NCBI GenBank assembly: GCA_963840455.1
Contig: CAWIYV010000010.1
Span: 352,001-416,000, forward strand
Source: Nitrospirota bacterium
GTDB lineage: Bacteria; Nitrospirota; UBA9217
Reading direction: 5' to 3'
DNA: 64,000 nt
Position numbers and translations under genes: made by a program. Below the pieces are notes generated by a model. The model saw nothing but the letters and a program-made list of their open reading frames with translations. It was not told where the DNA came from and made no database searches. Shown here piece by piece: positions 27,817 through 37,127 of the stretch. Numbering within the stretch: the first letter of the stretch is position 1; the number at the start of each line of letters is the position of its first letter.

Positions 27817-28716
27817 TCAGAATTGCGTCCCGCCCTCGAAAATGAACTCATTGCCGTCGCCGGACGTGACGTCGACATCCCGGTCCGTCCCAAGCTCGGC
27901 GATGGAAACGGTGAACACGCAGCCTTCGCCTTCGGCACCGGTCAGCCTGACATTCCCATCAAGCATCTCGATCAATGCCTTCGTGATGCTGAGTCCGAGG
28001 CCGTGGCCTTTGTGACGCTTGCGGATGCCCGCATCGAGCTGGACGAACCGGTCGAAGACCTTTTTACGGTCACTCTCGGGGATGCCGATACCTTCGTCCT
28101 CAATGGAAATGTTCAGCCGCTCCCTCTCCCGCCACGCGCGAACAATGACGCGCTTACCCTCGCGGTTGAACTCTATCGCATTGGCGAGAAGGTTGGCCAG
28201 TGCTTTCTGAAGCTTGTCCGGGTCCGTCTTGAATGTGAGTGGCCCTTCGCCGGGCTCGAACATCATGGTCAGCCTCTTCTCCGCAGCCTTGTGACCAAAG
28301 GCCGCGATCAGTCCCCGGACCAGCGCGGTCACATCGACCTGCGCCACGCTTACGGTCGTCTCGCCCGCTTCGATCTCTGCAGCCGCAAAGATGTTCCGGA
28401 GCTGAAAATCGAGATCGAAGGCCTCATGGTATATGGTGCCAGCCATGGTGCGCGTGGTTTCGGCGTCGGCCTTCCTGTCTACGATCTGTTTTGCCATGCC
28501 CATGATGGACATGAGAGGATTATTGATCTCGTTCCTGATGTTCGACAGAAAATCGGATTTGAGCGACTCGGATTGCCGCAATTTCTCGTTTACTGCCTCA
28601 AGGTTCTGCGTCATCGCCCGGAGATTGGCAACGGCGATCCGGTTCTCCTCGAGCCTTTTCTTGAGCTCATCAAGCAGCATTTCGTCAGCTATTCTTTCCA
28701 CGCCATCCTCCTTCAT
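27817..28716 (-). CDS. Histidine-kinase-like protein without sensor domain, H-box His replaced by Asn
   Basis: Coiled coil, then KSDFLSNIRNEINNPL; HATPase NLLANAIEF, DEGIGI, GHGLGL. Confidence 0.85.
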   Translation of the reverse strand: MKEDGVERIADEMLLDELKKRLEENRIAVANLRAMTQNLEAVNEKLRQSESLKSDFLSNIRNEINNPLMSIMGMAKQIVDRKADAETTRTMAGTIYHEAFDLDFQLRNIFAAAEIEAGETTVSVAQVDVTALVRGLIAAFGHKAAEKRLTMMFEPGEGPLTFKTDPDKLQKALANLLANAIEFNREGKRVIVRAWRERERLNISIEDEGIGIPESDRKKVFDRFVQLDAGIRKRHKGHGLGLSITKALIEMLDGNVRLTGAEGEGCVFTVSIAELGTDRDVDVTSGDGNEFIFEGGTQF

Positions 28717-28901
28717 AACCCTCCCCCGCGGTGAACGCCTCATACACCGCTCTCCAGGGCATCCGGGAACAAACTGCCGTTCCTCGGGCAGGCCATACGC
28801 CTGCAGGACAACAGGGCGTCATATCCATAGGGCCGCCTACCCCTCAGGCATACATGATAGCCGAAATCTTGCCGGACCGGGAAGGGAAAACGGGGGGGCG
28901 C

Positions 28902-29801
28902 CTAATCACACTTGGTGTCTTCCTTGCACAATCCTTCATCAGGCAGCGGATTGAAGATCGGGTTTGGGGTCGTGGCGGGTGCGAACAGGTCAAACCGACC
29001 GGTCGCATGGTCGGCAGGTTTCTTATTGTCTCCCGCGACGGAGGGCGCCTTCTGTGACCGTTTCGGGGCATGAGCGGATTCCGGCTTGCAAAAAAAATAC
29101 TGCCGGATCGCTTCGGTGCCGGTAAGAAATATCTTTTCGGAGGGTCCATTCACCATCAGCGTCGGGACACCCTCGATCCCCAGGTTTCGAAGGAGCAACG
29201 AATACTCTTTCACCAGGACATGAGCGACCATGATCTTGTTCTCATCAAGCTCCTTCCGGATCTCGGTACAGTGCTTGCAATCCGCGCTGTAGAAGAGGAT
29301 GTACTTCTGGCCGAGCGGGATTGCCGGGCCCTCGGCGGGTAGAATGAGGTAGAACAGGCCTAAGACCGCCAAGAGCGAGCCAAACCCGGCAAGGACCTCG
29401 CGGTGGCCGGCAAGCATGCGCAAGACACCGAGGACGAGGAAGATGCCGAAAACGCTCAGGCAGAATACGCATACCGCGTGCAGACGGAAGAGCTGATAGC
29501 CAACGAAGAACCCCTCGCCCGCCAGGGAGACCACGAGCAGGAAGTTGATGATCCGGTCACGGACCTCGTTGACCGAGCGCGTCCCCTGCGCCGCAAGAGC
29601 CGTGATCACCGCAATTGTTCCCAAGCCCAGCAGGACCATGGCAAGGTCACCGAATCGGGTATACTGCGTGACGATCTTGCATCCCTCGGTAGCGCAGATG
29701 CTCTTCCCGAATGACTGAAGCACGGCCTCAAGCAGCAGGTAGAGCGAGCCGAGAGCGCTCGCTATGACAAACAGCCGTGAAATGACGTGTTTCCTGTTCA
29801 T
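28902..29801 (-). CDS. VKOR-family membrane protein fused to a thioredoxin/glutaredoxin-like domain
   Basis: Loop cysteines SICATEGC, TM CxxC (CVFC), then LFYSADCKHC...GVPTL. Confidence 0.78.
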   Translation of the reverse strand: MNRKHVISRLFVIASALGSLYLLLEAVLQSFGKSICATEGCKIVTQYTRFGDLAMVLLGLGTIAVITALAAQGTRSVNEVRDRIINFLLVVSLAGEGFFVGYQLFRLHAVCVFCLSVFGIFLVLGVLRMLAGHREVLAGFGSLLAVLGLFYLILPAEGPAIPLGQKYILFYSADCKHCTEIRKELDENKIMVAHVLVKEYSLLLRNLGIEGVPTLMVNGPSEKIFLTGTEAIRQYFFCKPESAHAPKRSQKAPSVAGDNKKPADHATGRFDLFAPATTPNPIFNPLPDEGLCKEDTKCD

Positions 29802-29842
29802 AGAATTCCCCGATGCCGGAATCATTGTTCCGATCTGCAGGA

Positions 29843-31039
29843 TCACGAGAACTGTTTCGCCACCGCGTCGATGAACTCTCCGGTGAGCGCGTGCTTCCCG
29901 GGCGGAGGTTCGGCGATCGCAGCGAGGTCCTTGGTCATGAGGCCGTTCTCGATGGTCCTGATAACGGCGGATTCCAGTTTCTTCGCGAACGCGACCACGT
30001 CCGGCGTGCCGTCAAGCTCGCCCCGACGGGCGATGGCGCCGGTCCACGCGAAGATGGAGGCAACGGAATTCGTGGACGTGGGTTTGCCCTTCAGATGCTC
30101 GTAGTAGTGGCGCATGACCGTGCCGTGCGCCGCCTCGTACTCATACTTGCCGTCAGGAGACACGAGCACGGATGTCATGAGCCCCAGGCTGCCGAATCCG
30201 CTGGCGACCATGTCGCTCATCACATCGCCATCGTAGTTCATGCACGCCCAGAGCATGCCGCCCTCGGACTTGATCACCTGCGCTACGGCATCATCGATCA
30301 GCATAAAGCGGTACTGGATGCCCGCTTGGCCGAGGCCGTCCTTCGCCTTCATCGCTTCGTCGGCGAAAACATCGCGGAACAGGCCATGGTACTGCTTGGA
30401 AATCGTGTCCTTGGCGCCGAACCAGATGTCCGTTTTCTCGGCCATGGCGTACTGGATGCAGGACTTCGCGAAGCTCCGGATGGACCGCTCCGTGTTGTGC
30501 ATCCCCATGATCACGCCCGGCCCCTTGAAATCATGGATCAGGACGGTCTGTGTCGCACCGCCGCCAGCCGGTGTAAAAATGATCTCAGCCTTTCCCGGGC
30601 CTTCCACGACAAGCTCGCTGTTTTTGTAGATGTCGCCGTAGGCGTGCCGGCCGATGATGATCGGCCGCTTCCAGCTTCTGACCGCGGGTGGGATGTTCTT
30701 CACGATGATGGGCTTGCGGAAGACCGTTCCGTCGAGGAGGGAACGGATAGTGGCATTGGGGCTTGCCCACTGCTTTTTGAGGCCATACTCCTTGACGCGC
30801 GCGGCATTCGGTGTGATGGTGGCGCATTTTACCCCCACGCCGTACTGCTTGATCGCCTCCGCGGCTTCGACCGTGATCCGGTCGTCGGTCTCGTCGCGGT
30901 GCTTCATGCCAAGGTCGAAATATTTGAGGTTGACCGTGAGATGGGGCAGGATCAGCTTCTCCTTGATCATCTGCCACATGATCCGGGTCATCTCGTCGCC
31001 GTCCATCTCGACGATGGGGTTCTTTACCGTTATGGCCAC
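29843..31039 (-). CDS. icd: NADP-dependent isocitrate dehydrogenase (type II, eukaryote-like)
   Basis: [50 protein letters not shown]; GTG start at 31039 after AAGGAG. Confidence 0.95.
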   Translation of the reverse strand: MAITVKNPIVEMDGDEMTRIMWQMIKEKLILPHLTVNLKYFDLGMKHRDETDDRITVEAAEAIKQYGVGVKCATITPNAARVKEYGLKKQWASPNATIRSLLDGTVFRKPIIVKNIPPAVRSWKRPIIIGRHAYGDIYKNSELVVEGPGKAEIIFTPAGGGATQTVLIHDFKGPGVIMGMHNTERSIRSFAKSCIQYAMAEKTDIWFGAKDTISKQYHGLFRDVFADEAMKAKDGLGQAGIQYRFMLIDDAVAQVIKSEGGMLWACMNYDGDVMSDMVASGFGSLGLMTSVLVSPDGKYEYEAAHGTVMRHYYEHLKGKPTSTNSVASIFAWTGAIARRGELDGTPDVVAFAKKLESAVIRTIENGLMTKDLAAIAEPPPGKHALTGEFIDAVAKQFS

Positions 31040-31077
31040 TGGTCCGTTCTCCTTCGGAATGATCCCGTCATGATCCC

Positions 31078-31500
31078 TTACGCGCAGAGCTCGAGGGTGC
31101 TGAAGAAATACGCGATCTCGAACGCCGCGGTCTCCGGCGCATCGGAGCCGTGGACCGAGTTTGCCTCCATGCTCTGGGCGAACTCCTTCCGGATCGTGCC
31201 GGGCTCGGCATTGGCAGGGTTCGTGGCGCCCATGAGCTTGCGCCACGCCGCTATGGCGTTCTCTTTCTGAAGCACCAGGACGATGCAGGGTCCGGACGAC
31301 ATGAAGTCCGTGAGGCTGCTGAAAAAGGGCTTCCCCCGATGCACGGCGTAGAATCCCTCGGCCTGCTTTTTGGTCATCCGCAGCCTCTTCATGGCAATGA
31401 CCTGAAAACCGTTCTCCTCGATCTTCGCGAGGACCTTTCCGGTAATACTCCTGCTGCATGCATCAGGCTTGATGATGGCAAAGGTCTTTTCCGTGGGCAT
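31078..31500 (-). CDS. ndk: Nucleoside-diphosphate kinase
   Basis: [33 protein letters not shown]. Confidence 0.97.
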   Translation of the reverse strand: MPTEKTFAIIKPDACSRSITGKVLAKIEENGFQVIAMKRLRMTKKQAEGFYAVHRGKPFFSSLTDFMSSGPCIVLVLQKENAIAAWRKLMGATNPANAEPGTIRKEFAQSMEANSVHGSDAPETAAFEIAYFFSTLELCA

Positions 31501-31578
31501 GGCACTCCCTCCGGCAGGCTTCGGTAATGAACATGAGAACTGATTTTAAAGCGCGTGGGATGAATTGTCAACAGAACA

Positions 31579-31627
31579 GTGAAGCTCCCTGCAGCGAGCT
31601 GCGGGGAGTGCCCTCGCTCCTGGATTC
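31579..31627 (-). repeat. Dispersed hairpin repeat, short copy F
   Basis: Minus strand GAATCCAGGAGCGAGGGCACTCCCCGCAGCTCGCTGCAGGGAGCTTCAC, just upstream of the ndk -35 (TTGACA). Confidence 0.9.
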
Positions 31628-31703
31628 TCTGCGGACCGGGGGGCATGCTTCGCCGGGGAAAACGGTTGCGGAAGATGGCCGGCCATCAATTGGGTCTGTT
31701 CAG

Positions 31704-32384
31704 CTATCGCTTTTTCAGGAAGACCACTATCGCGCCGCTGCCACCCTTGTCGCGGGGCGCGGCATGGAACTCGGCGACCAGGCCTTTGCCCTGCTCCCGG
31801 AGCCATGCATTAACCGCCCCGGGAAGGACCGGCCCATCTGGCGAGTTGATCCCTTTTCCCGTGATCACGAGGACCGCCTGCAAACCACGAGCACAGGCGC
31901 CAGCGATGAAGTGCTCGAGCCGCCGGAGCGCCTCGTCCTTCAGAAATCCGTGAAGGTCCAGCTCCTCGCTTATGCGTATGGTGCCGCGCTTGAGCTGGCG
32001 CATCCTGCTGGACGAAGAGCGCGCGGGCGCCTCGTCTTCCGGTTCCGGTGCTCCGTCACGGTACACCGCGGCCCCGATCATGCCCACCGCTTGAAGAAAA
32101 AGAGCCCGCCCGTGTGCTTCGTCATCGACACGCTTTTCTGCAGCCATTGGAGACGTCTGCGGTCCCGGCTCCTGGTCACCGTCCGCCGCGATCCTCGTAG
32201 CGCCTCCCACGGACCGCAGGAAAAGACCTTCATCGTCCTCATGATCCTCGTGCGAAGAGGCCTTTTGTGTCGTTGCCTGCAGCGGCGGGGTCTTCCCGAT
32301 GACGCCTTTCAGCGCCTTGAAAGGGCTGTTCTGAAAAGCACCGGCACCTCGCTGATGCTTGCTGTCCTTGCGTTTCCTGGTCAT
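31704..32384 (-). CDS. Smr/MutS2 C-terminal domain protein
   Basis: ELDLHG, VLVITGKG, DKGGSGAIVVFL. Confidence 0.9.
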   Translation of the reverse strand: MTRKRKDSKHQRGAGAFQNSPFKALKGVIGKTPPLQATTQKASSHEDHEDDEGLFLRSVGGATRIAADGDQEPGPQTSPMAAEKRVDDEAHGRALFLQAVGMIGAAVYRDGAPEPEDEAPARSSSSRMRQLKRGTIRISEELDLHGFLKDEALRRLEHFIAGACARGLQAVLVITGKGINSPDGPVLPGAVNAWLREQGKGLVAEFHAAPRDKGGSGAIVVFLKKR

Positions 32385-32458
32385 GAGAATGCGAAGAATG
32401 TTCGTGCGCCGGATCGCAGGCGAAACCTCTCGTGGGGCAGAGCGCCGATCCGTTGAGG

Positions 32459-33688
32459 TTAATGGTCGGGATAGCGTTCAGCGATGTTGCGGATCGTGTC
32501 GATACAGGCAAAGAACGTCTCGACCATCTCGGGATCGAAATGCGTGCCGGAACTGACCTTGAGCTCTTCGAGGACCTGTGCCTCTTCCCACCGCTCTTTA
32601 TACGCACGCTTGGAGCTCAGGGCGTCATAGACATCAGCCAGGGCGACAAGCCTGCCGAACACCGGGATCTCATCGCCCTTTTTGGGCCTCGGTGAACCAT
32701 CGCTGTTCTCATAGCCCGGCAGCACCTTGGCGTCGAAGGGATTGATATGGCCGGGGTACCCCGTGCCGTCCCATTTCTCGTGGTGGTTCAGTGCGACCAC
32801 GGCTGACGCGTCGTCGAACTCAGAATACTGCTCGGAAAAGAGCCGTGCACCCATAATGGTGTGCTGCTTCATGATCTCGCGCTCCGCGTCGTCGAGTCGC
32901 GCCGGCTTCTTGAGGATCGCATCCGAGATTGCCACCTTGCCCACATCGTGGAGCATGGCAGCCATTCGCAGGATGTCGCGGTTCTTTTCGAGGACATCAT
33001 GGGGCACGCTGCGTTTGCCCGCCCAGTGCTCGTAGAGAGCCACGGAATAGGATGCCACACGGTTGACATGGGCTCCGGTCTCCTTGGGGTCCCGCAGCTC
33101 CGCCATCTTGATGGTCCGGAGGATCATGGCACGCGTCATCTGGGCGCGCTCGATGGCGACCGCGGCCATGTTGGCGAAATGCATGACGAGGGGCTCATCC
33201 TTCTTCGAGAACGGCACCACCGCGCCCTTTGCATTCTTTTCGTTGATGAGCTGCAGAACGCCGACCGTGTCGCCACGGTTCGTCTTGAGCGGGAACGTCA
33301 GCATGGACTGGGTGCGATAGCCGGAGAGATCGTCGAACTTGCGGTTGAACGAGAACGGAAGCGTCGAGGGGAGCTTATAGACATCCGTAAGGTTCAGCAT
33401 CTCACCGGTGTTGGCCACATAACCCGCGATGGTCTGATTGTTGATCGGAAGGGTAAAGGTGGAGTAGATCAGCTTTTTCCCGGGCAGACGCTGCTGGAAC
33501 GTGTCGTTCTGGGTATAGGTGAACTTCAGTTTGTCGTCTTCCTTCACATAGATGGTGCCGGCGTCGGCGTTCACCAGGCTCCGCGCTTCCTTCAGGATTC
33601 GCTCGAGCAGCACGTCCAGGTCCTTCACCTGGGTGATCTCGATGCCAAGGTTCACGATTTTCGCGAATTTCTGTTTTTCTGTGAGCAT
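32459..33688 (-). CDS. GAF plus HD-GYP cyclic dinucleotide phosphodiesterase
   Basis: GAF (IAGYVA...D..SGYRTQSML..PL...VGVLQLIN), ETGAHVNRV, LHDVGK, HHEKWDGTGYP, ADVYDAL, HFDP. Confidence 0.92.
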   Translation of the reverse strand: MLTEKQKFAKIVNLGIEITQVKDLDVLLERILKEARSLVNADAGTIYVKEDDKLKFTYTQNDTFQQRLPGKKLIYSTFTLPINNQTIAGYVANTGEMLNLTDVYKLPSTLPFSFNRKFDDLSGYRTQSMLTFPLKTNRGDTVGVLQLINEKNAKGAVVPFSKKDEPLVMHFANMAAVAIERAQMTRAMILRTIKMAELRDPKETGAHVNRVASYSVALYEHWAGKRSVPHDVLEKNRDILRMAAMLHDVGKVAISDAILKKPARLDDAEREIMKQHTIMGARLFSEQYSEFDDASAVVALNHHEKWDGTGYPGHINPFDAKVLPGYENSDGSPRPKKGDEIPVFGRLVALADVYDALSSKRAYKERWEEAQVLEELKVSSGTHFDPEMVETFFACIDTIRNIAERYPDH

Positions 33689-33695
33689 GTCGGCT

Positions 33696-33785
33696 ATCTT
33701 ACATCCCGAAAGAGCGGCTTGTCAATTCAAGGATGGCCAGAAAATCCTTTTCTTAATTGACTCACTACACCTTTTTTGTTATAGT
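33696..33785. promoter_or_regulatory. Divergent sigma-70 promoters for the HD-GYP gene and dksA
   Basis: Minus: TTGACA-N18-TAAGAT (33725-33696). Plus: TTGACT-N17-TATAGT (33757-33785). Confidence 0.65.
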
Positions 33786-33859
33786 ATACCATTCAGCAGC
33801 GAACGGTGCGGTCATTCCGTTCGCCTTTTCATTATTACCCGGGAGCAGAGGTCGTTCGC

Positions 33860-34222
33860 ATGAACATGAAGATCAACGCCATTCGGAAGAAGCTCATGAA
33901 ACAGCGCGAGGAGCTTTTGTCCGAGGCAGAGCAAACCATCAACTCCAAGCTGGGCGCGGATAAGCAGAGCTTTCCTGACCCCACGGACCAGGCCGCGGCG
34001 GAACTGGACAACAATTTCATGCTCAGGCTCCGCGGCCGGGAGCAGAAGCTCCTGAAGAAGATCGACGAGGCCATTGCCCGCATCGACGAGGGATCATATG
34101 GCATATGCGAGTCCTGCGGCGGCCAGATCGGTTTCAAGCGGCTTGAGGCCCGGCCGGTCACGACGCTCTGCATCGAGTGCAAGACCGAACAGGAAGAGAA
34201 CGAGAAGCGCCAGGTGGGGTAA
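33860..34222 (+). CDS. dksA: RNA polymerase-binding protein DksA
   Basis: FPDPTDQA coiled-coil tip, YGICESCG...RLEARPVTTLCIECK zinc finger. Confidence 0.93.
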   Translation: MNMKINAIRKKLMKQREELLSEAEQTINSKLGADKQSFPDPTDQAAAELDNNFMLRLRGREQKLLKKIDEAIARIDEGSYGICESCGGQIGFKRLEARPVTTLCIECKTEQEENEKRQVG

Positions 34223-34239
34223 GAGCGGGACAGGTTCCG

Positions 34240-34358
34240 GTTGAATCCAGGAGCGAGCGCATTCCCTGCAGCTTGCCGCAGGATTCGTGAGCGATTAGAA
34301 TAAACATACTGCACTGAGGATCGAAGACTCCCTGCAGCTTGCTGAAGGGAGCTTCAAC
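34240..34358 (+). repeat. Dispersed hairpin repeat, full-length copy B
   Basis: GTTGAATCCAGGAGCGAGCGCATTCCCTGCAGCTTGCCGCAGGATTCGTGAGCGATTAGAATAAAC...GAGGATCGAAGACTCCCTGCAGCTTGCTGAAGGGAGCTTCAAC. Confidence 0.92.
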
Positions 34359-34441
34359 ATGGCTGACCGTCATTGGTCGGCCTTTTGTTTTTGTGGTGGA
34401 CGGCAGGGTCCAGCTCCCTGGCCGCTGCCGTGTACCGACCC

Positions 34442-36301
34442 TCAGAGCATCAGCCCCTCGGCGATCTCGGAGTTGACCTGATGGATCCATTGCACGATCC
34501 GGTGATGCACATTTTCCTGCATGTCCTCGAAACACAATCCGACATAATAGGCCGCATCCTGCTTCCTGGCGTGGTAGACCGTTGCGCGTATCGTGATGTT
34601 CTCCAGTTCAAGCAGGCTGAAGTTCACATTCACCTTTGAACCGATCCCGACCGGGGAACCGACCACCAGAAGGCATCCTGTTGGGCTGATGTTCTTCACC
34701 ATGGCCGTGAACGCTTCATCGGGAAAACCTGCGAGCGAGTAGACTGCCGGGGCATCCGTCGCCTTCCGCATATACTGACGCGCGCCGCCCTTTACGCTTA
34801 CGACTTCCGCGATGCCGATAGGCTGGTCCTTCCCTTTTACCATCACCGGATGCAGGTCCTTCAACGACGCCTGGTCGCCGATCGCCTCGGCAATTGCCCT
34901 GCTTACCAGGACCATGCCCGGCTGCGCGATCCCGCACATTCTCGCCGCGATGTTGATGTTATCGCCGATCACGGTATAGTCCATATGGTCTTCCGAGCCC
35001 ATATTGCCCATGACGACCTCGCCGTTGTTCAGGCCGATCCCGATGCTGATCACCTTTTCCCCCGCAGCTGACCGCGCAGCATTCAAGGCCTTGCAGTAGC
35101 TCTGGATCTCCACGGCGGCCCGTACTGCGTTGATCTCGTTGCCCCGCCCCTCAAAGATGGCCATCACCTCATCGCCCACAAACTTATCGATCGTGCCGCC
35201 GAACTGATGGATAACCTTCGCCTGCAGGTTCAGATAGACGTTCATCAGCCTGACCACGTCCTCAGGGCTCATCTTCTCGGAAAGCGAGGTGAAGCCGCGC
35301 GCATCAGAAAAGAGGGCGGTCACGTACTTCCTCTCCCCTCCCAGCTTCAACTGCGTCATATCGCGATGCTCCTTGATGCTCTGGACCGTGGGCTGGGACA
35401 GGTACTTCTCCATGAGGAGCTTTTCCCGAAGGCTCAGGATCATCTGGTTGAAGACATTGGTGAGCTTGCCGATCTCGTCGCTCGAGCTTACGGGGACCAG
35501 CCTGCGCAGGTCGCCGCGCGCAACGACCTGGATGCCTGCCGCGAGTGAATCAAGCGGTTTCGTGATAAGGCGGGCGAGCGCAAATGAGATCAGCAGTCCG
35601 CCGACAACGAATCCCAGGGCCATCCCGAGGTAAACGCTCTGCTGCCTGCGGATGGCCTTGTTCAGCGCTTTCTGAGAGATCCCGATGCGCGCCACGCCGA
35701 TCTTGAGATTCTTCGTCTTCAGCATGATGGGGATTGTGGTGTCCAGGACAGGGTCGTTCCCGGCAATGGTCTCCTGGAATAGCAAGCCGTTGGCGTGTAG
35801 TGCCGCCAGGTCCGCCGAGCCGGCAAGGAGCGCCCCTTTCTTGGTCAGGTCGCTGTGCGCGAAGACCTCCCCCTTATCGTCCATGACCATGGCATAGACA
35901 ACGTCCTCACGCTGCCGGATGTCCGTGATGGTGGAATAGACCGGCAACTCCTGTTTCGTAAGCAGACCTTCTTTCCCGACGTTCGCAAGCTGGTTGACCA
36001 GCGTTTCCGCGCGGCTTTTCATTTCTTGGCGCAGGATGGCGTTCTGCTGGGTGAAGGTCACCACGCCGAGGGAGATAACGGCGAGGCTCAGGATCACGAT
36101 GAGCGTTCCGGCGATCTTGTACCGGACGCTGATCGAGAAAAGAAACTGGAGAAGGCGAGAAGGCGTTTCTGGGTTCTCAGCCTCCTGCGTCGCCACGGAC
36201 AGGGCGGCAGCGCTCATCTGCTCCAGCTTCGGCTGTTCCTCCATCGTGGGTTCAGCAGCAATGCTGGCCGCCTCCTTGTTATATTCCGGTTCATTGCTCA
36301 T
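34442..36301 (-). CDS. Membrane class III adenylate cyclase (periplasmic sensor, HAMP, cyclase, PilZ)
   Basis: Two TM helices, HAMP (SDEIGKL), FSDARGFT, IDKFVGDEVM, DYTVIGDNINIAAR, then PilZ motifs RQYMR and NISPTG. Confidence 0.88.
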   Translation of the reverse strand: MSNEPEYNKEAASIAAEPTMEEQPKLEQMSAAALSVATQEAENPETPSRLLQFLFSISVRYKIAGTLIVILSLAVISLGVVTFTQQNAILRQEMKSRAETLVNQLANVGKEGLLTKQELPVYSTITDIRQREDVVYAMVMDDKGEVFAHSDLTKKGALLAGSADLAALHANGLLFQETIAGNDPVLDTTIPIMLKTKNLKIGVARIGISQKALNKAIRRQQSVYLGMALGFVVGGLLISFALARLITKPLDSLAAGIQVVARGDLRRLVPVSSSDEIGKLTNVFNQMILSLREKLLMEKYLSQPTVQSIKEHRDMTQLKLGGERKYVTALFSDARGFTSLSEKMSPEDVVRLMNVYLNLQAKVIHQFGGTIDKFVGDEVMAIFEGRGNEINAVRAAVEIQSYCKALNAARSAAGEKVISIGIGLNNGEVVMGNMGSEDHMDYTVIGDNINIAARMCGIAQPGMVLVSRAIAEAIGDQASLKDLHPVMVKGKDQPIGIAEVVSVKGGARQYMRKATDAPAVYSLAGFPDEAFTAMVKNISPTGCLLVVGSPVGIGSKVNVNFSLLELENITIRATVYHARKQDAAYYVGLCFEDMQENVHHRIVQWIHQVNSEIAEGLML

Positions 36302-36630
36302 TTAGTTTCGATTTCCTCGAGGGTCTTCAGTATGCGTTCGATCTTCTTCAGATTCTCCTGCGCCTTCACCCCGAGGGTGGTTTTCGGCCCGAGCGCAAGG
36401 GCCTGCTCGAACGCCTCCTTGGCCTCTCCGTAATTCTCCCGGGAGTACTGCTGGACACCGAGGTCGTAATACTGCTTCTGGGCCTTGGCATCAGCATGCT
36501 GGCGGGCCGGCGACCTCGAAGGTGCAGTTGGAGGCGGGGGGGGCGTTTTTTTGAACAACGCGCATCCGGACAGAACGAGCAGCATCATGCTGCAGATGAA
36601 CAATTGTACCAGTGAACTTCGGGTCTTCAT
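36298..36630 (-). CDS. Small TPR lipoprotein, translationally coupled to the cyclase
   Basis: Lipobox LSGC, Pro-rich linker, one TPR (YYDLGVQQYSRENYGEAKEAFEQALALGP); ATGA overlap with the cyclase start. Confidence 0.78.
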   Translation of the reverse strand: MKTRSSLVQLFICSMMLLVLSGCALFKKTPPPPPTAPSRSPARQHADAKAQKQYYDLGVQQYSRENYGEAKEAFEQALALGPKTTLGVKAQENLKKIERILKTLEEIETK

Positions 36631-36804
36631 GAACTTGTCTGGTGTCAACCTCGTAAGCTCCTTCGCTGTCAATCCCGAGACCGATGCCGCCCTCCGGGTC
36701 GGTACCGCGCGCTGTTTTCCGTTCATAGCGATATAAATATATCACAAAAATACCGTGATGGGCAAAAAAAGTGGGTTAGCGATGGTCTGCTAACCCTTTG
36801 ATTA

Positions 36805-36851
36805 CATGGTGGGCGCTGCAGGGTTTGAACCTGCGACCCCTGCCGTGTGAA
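36805..36851 (-). repeat. att site: 47-bp duplicate of the tRNA-Val 3' half
   Basis: CATGGTGGGCGCTGCAGGGTTTGAACCTGCGACCCCTGCCGTGTGAA is identical to 42313-42359 and breaks off in the anticodon loop. Confidence 0.95.
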
Positions 36852-37127
36852 TGACCTGCTGTATGAGAAACACGTTTTCCTTACAATGGAAAATAGTGGA
36901 AATCTAATCGCTTTGATCTATTCAAAGGAGGGAACATCTCTCCCATTTTTTTCCTATTTCTTCTGTCTACTATACAATTACTATACAGTCCCTCAAAAAA
37001 AATGCTTTCCGCCATGCAGAGTGGAACAGCCCCCTCCCCTCTGGTCGACGAAGACTTGGTTAAGCATGCTACCTGGGATGATCTGCATGAAAACATACGG
37101 GACAGGATTTTTCGGAATAGGTTCGTT

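Noticed and set aside
31040-31459. N-terminal extension of icd in the ORF track (538 aa)
   Set aside because: Overlaps ndk in another frame; a GTG with AAGGAG at 31039 matches the normal IDH start.
36805-36851. Second tRNA-Val gene
   Set aside because: Only the 3' half is present, with no D-arm or acceptor 5' strand; it is an att duplicate.
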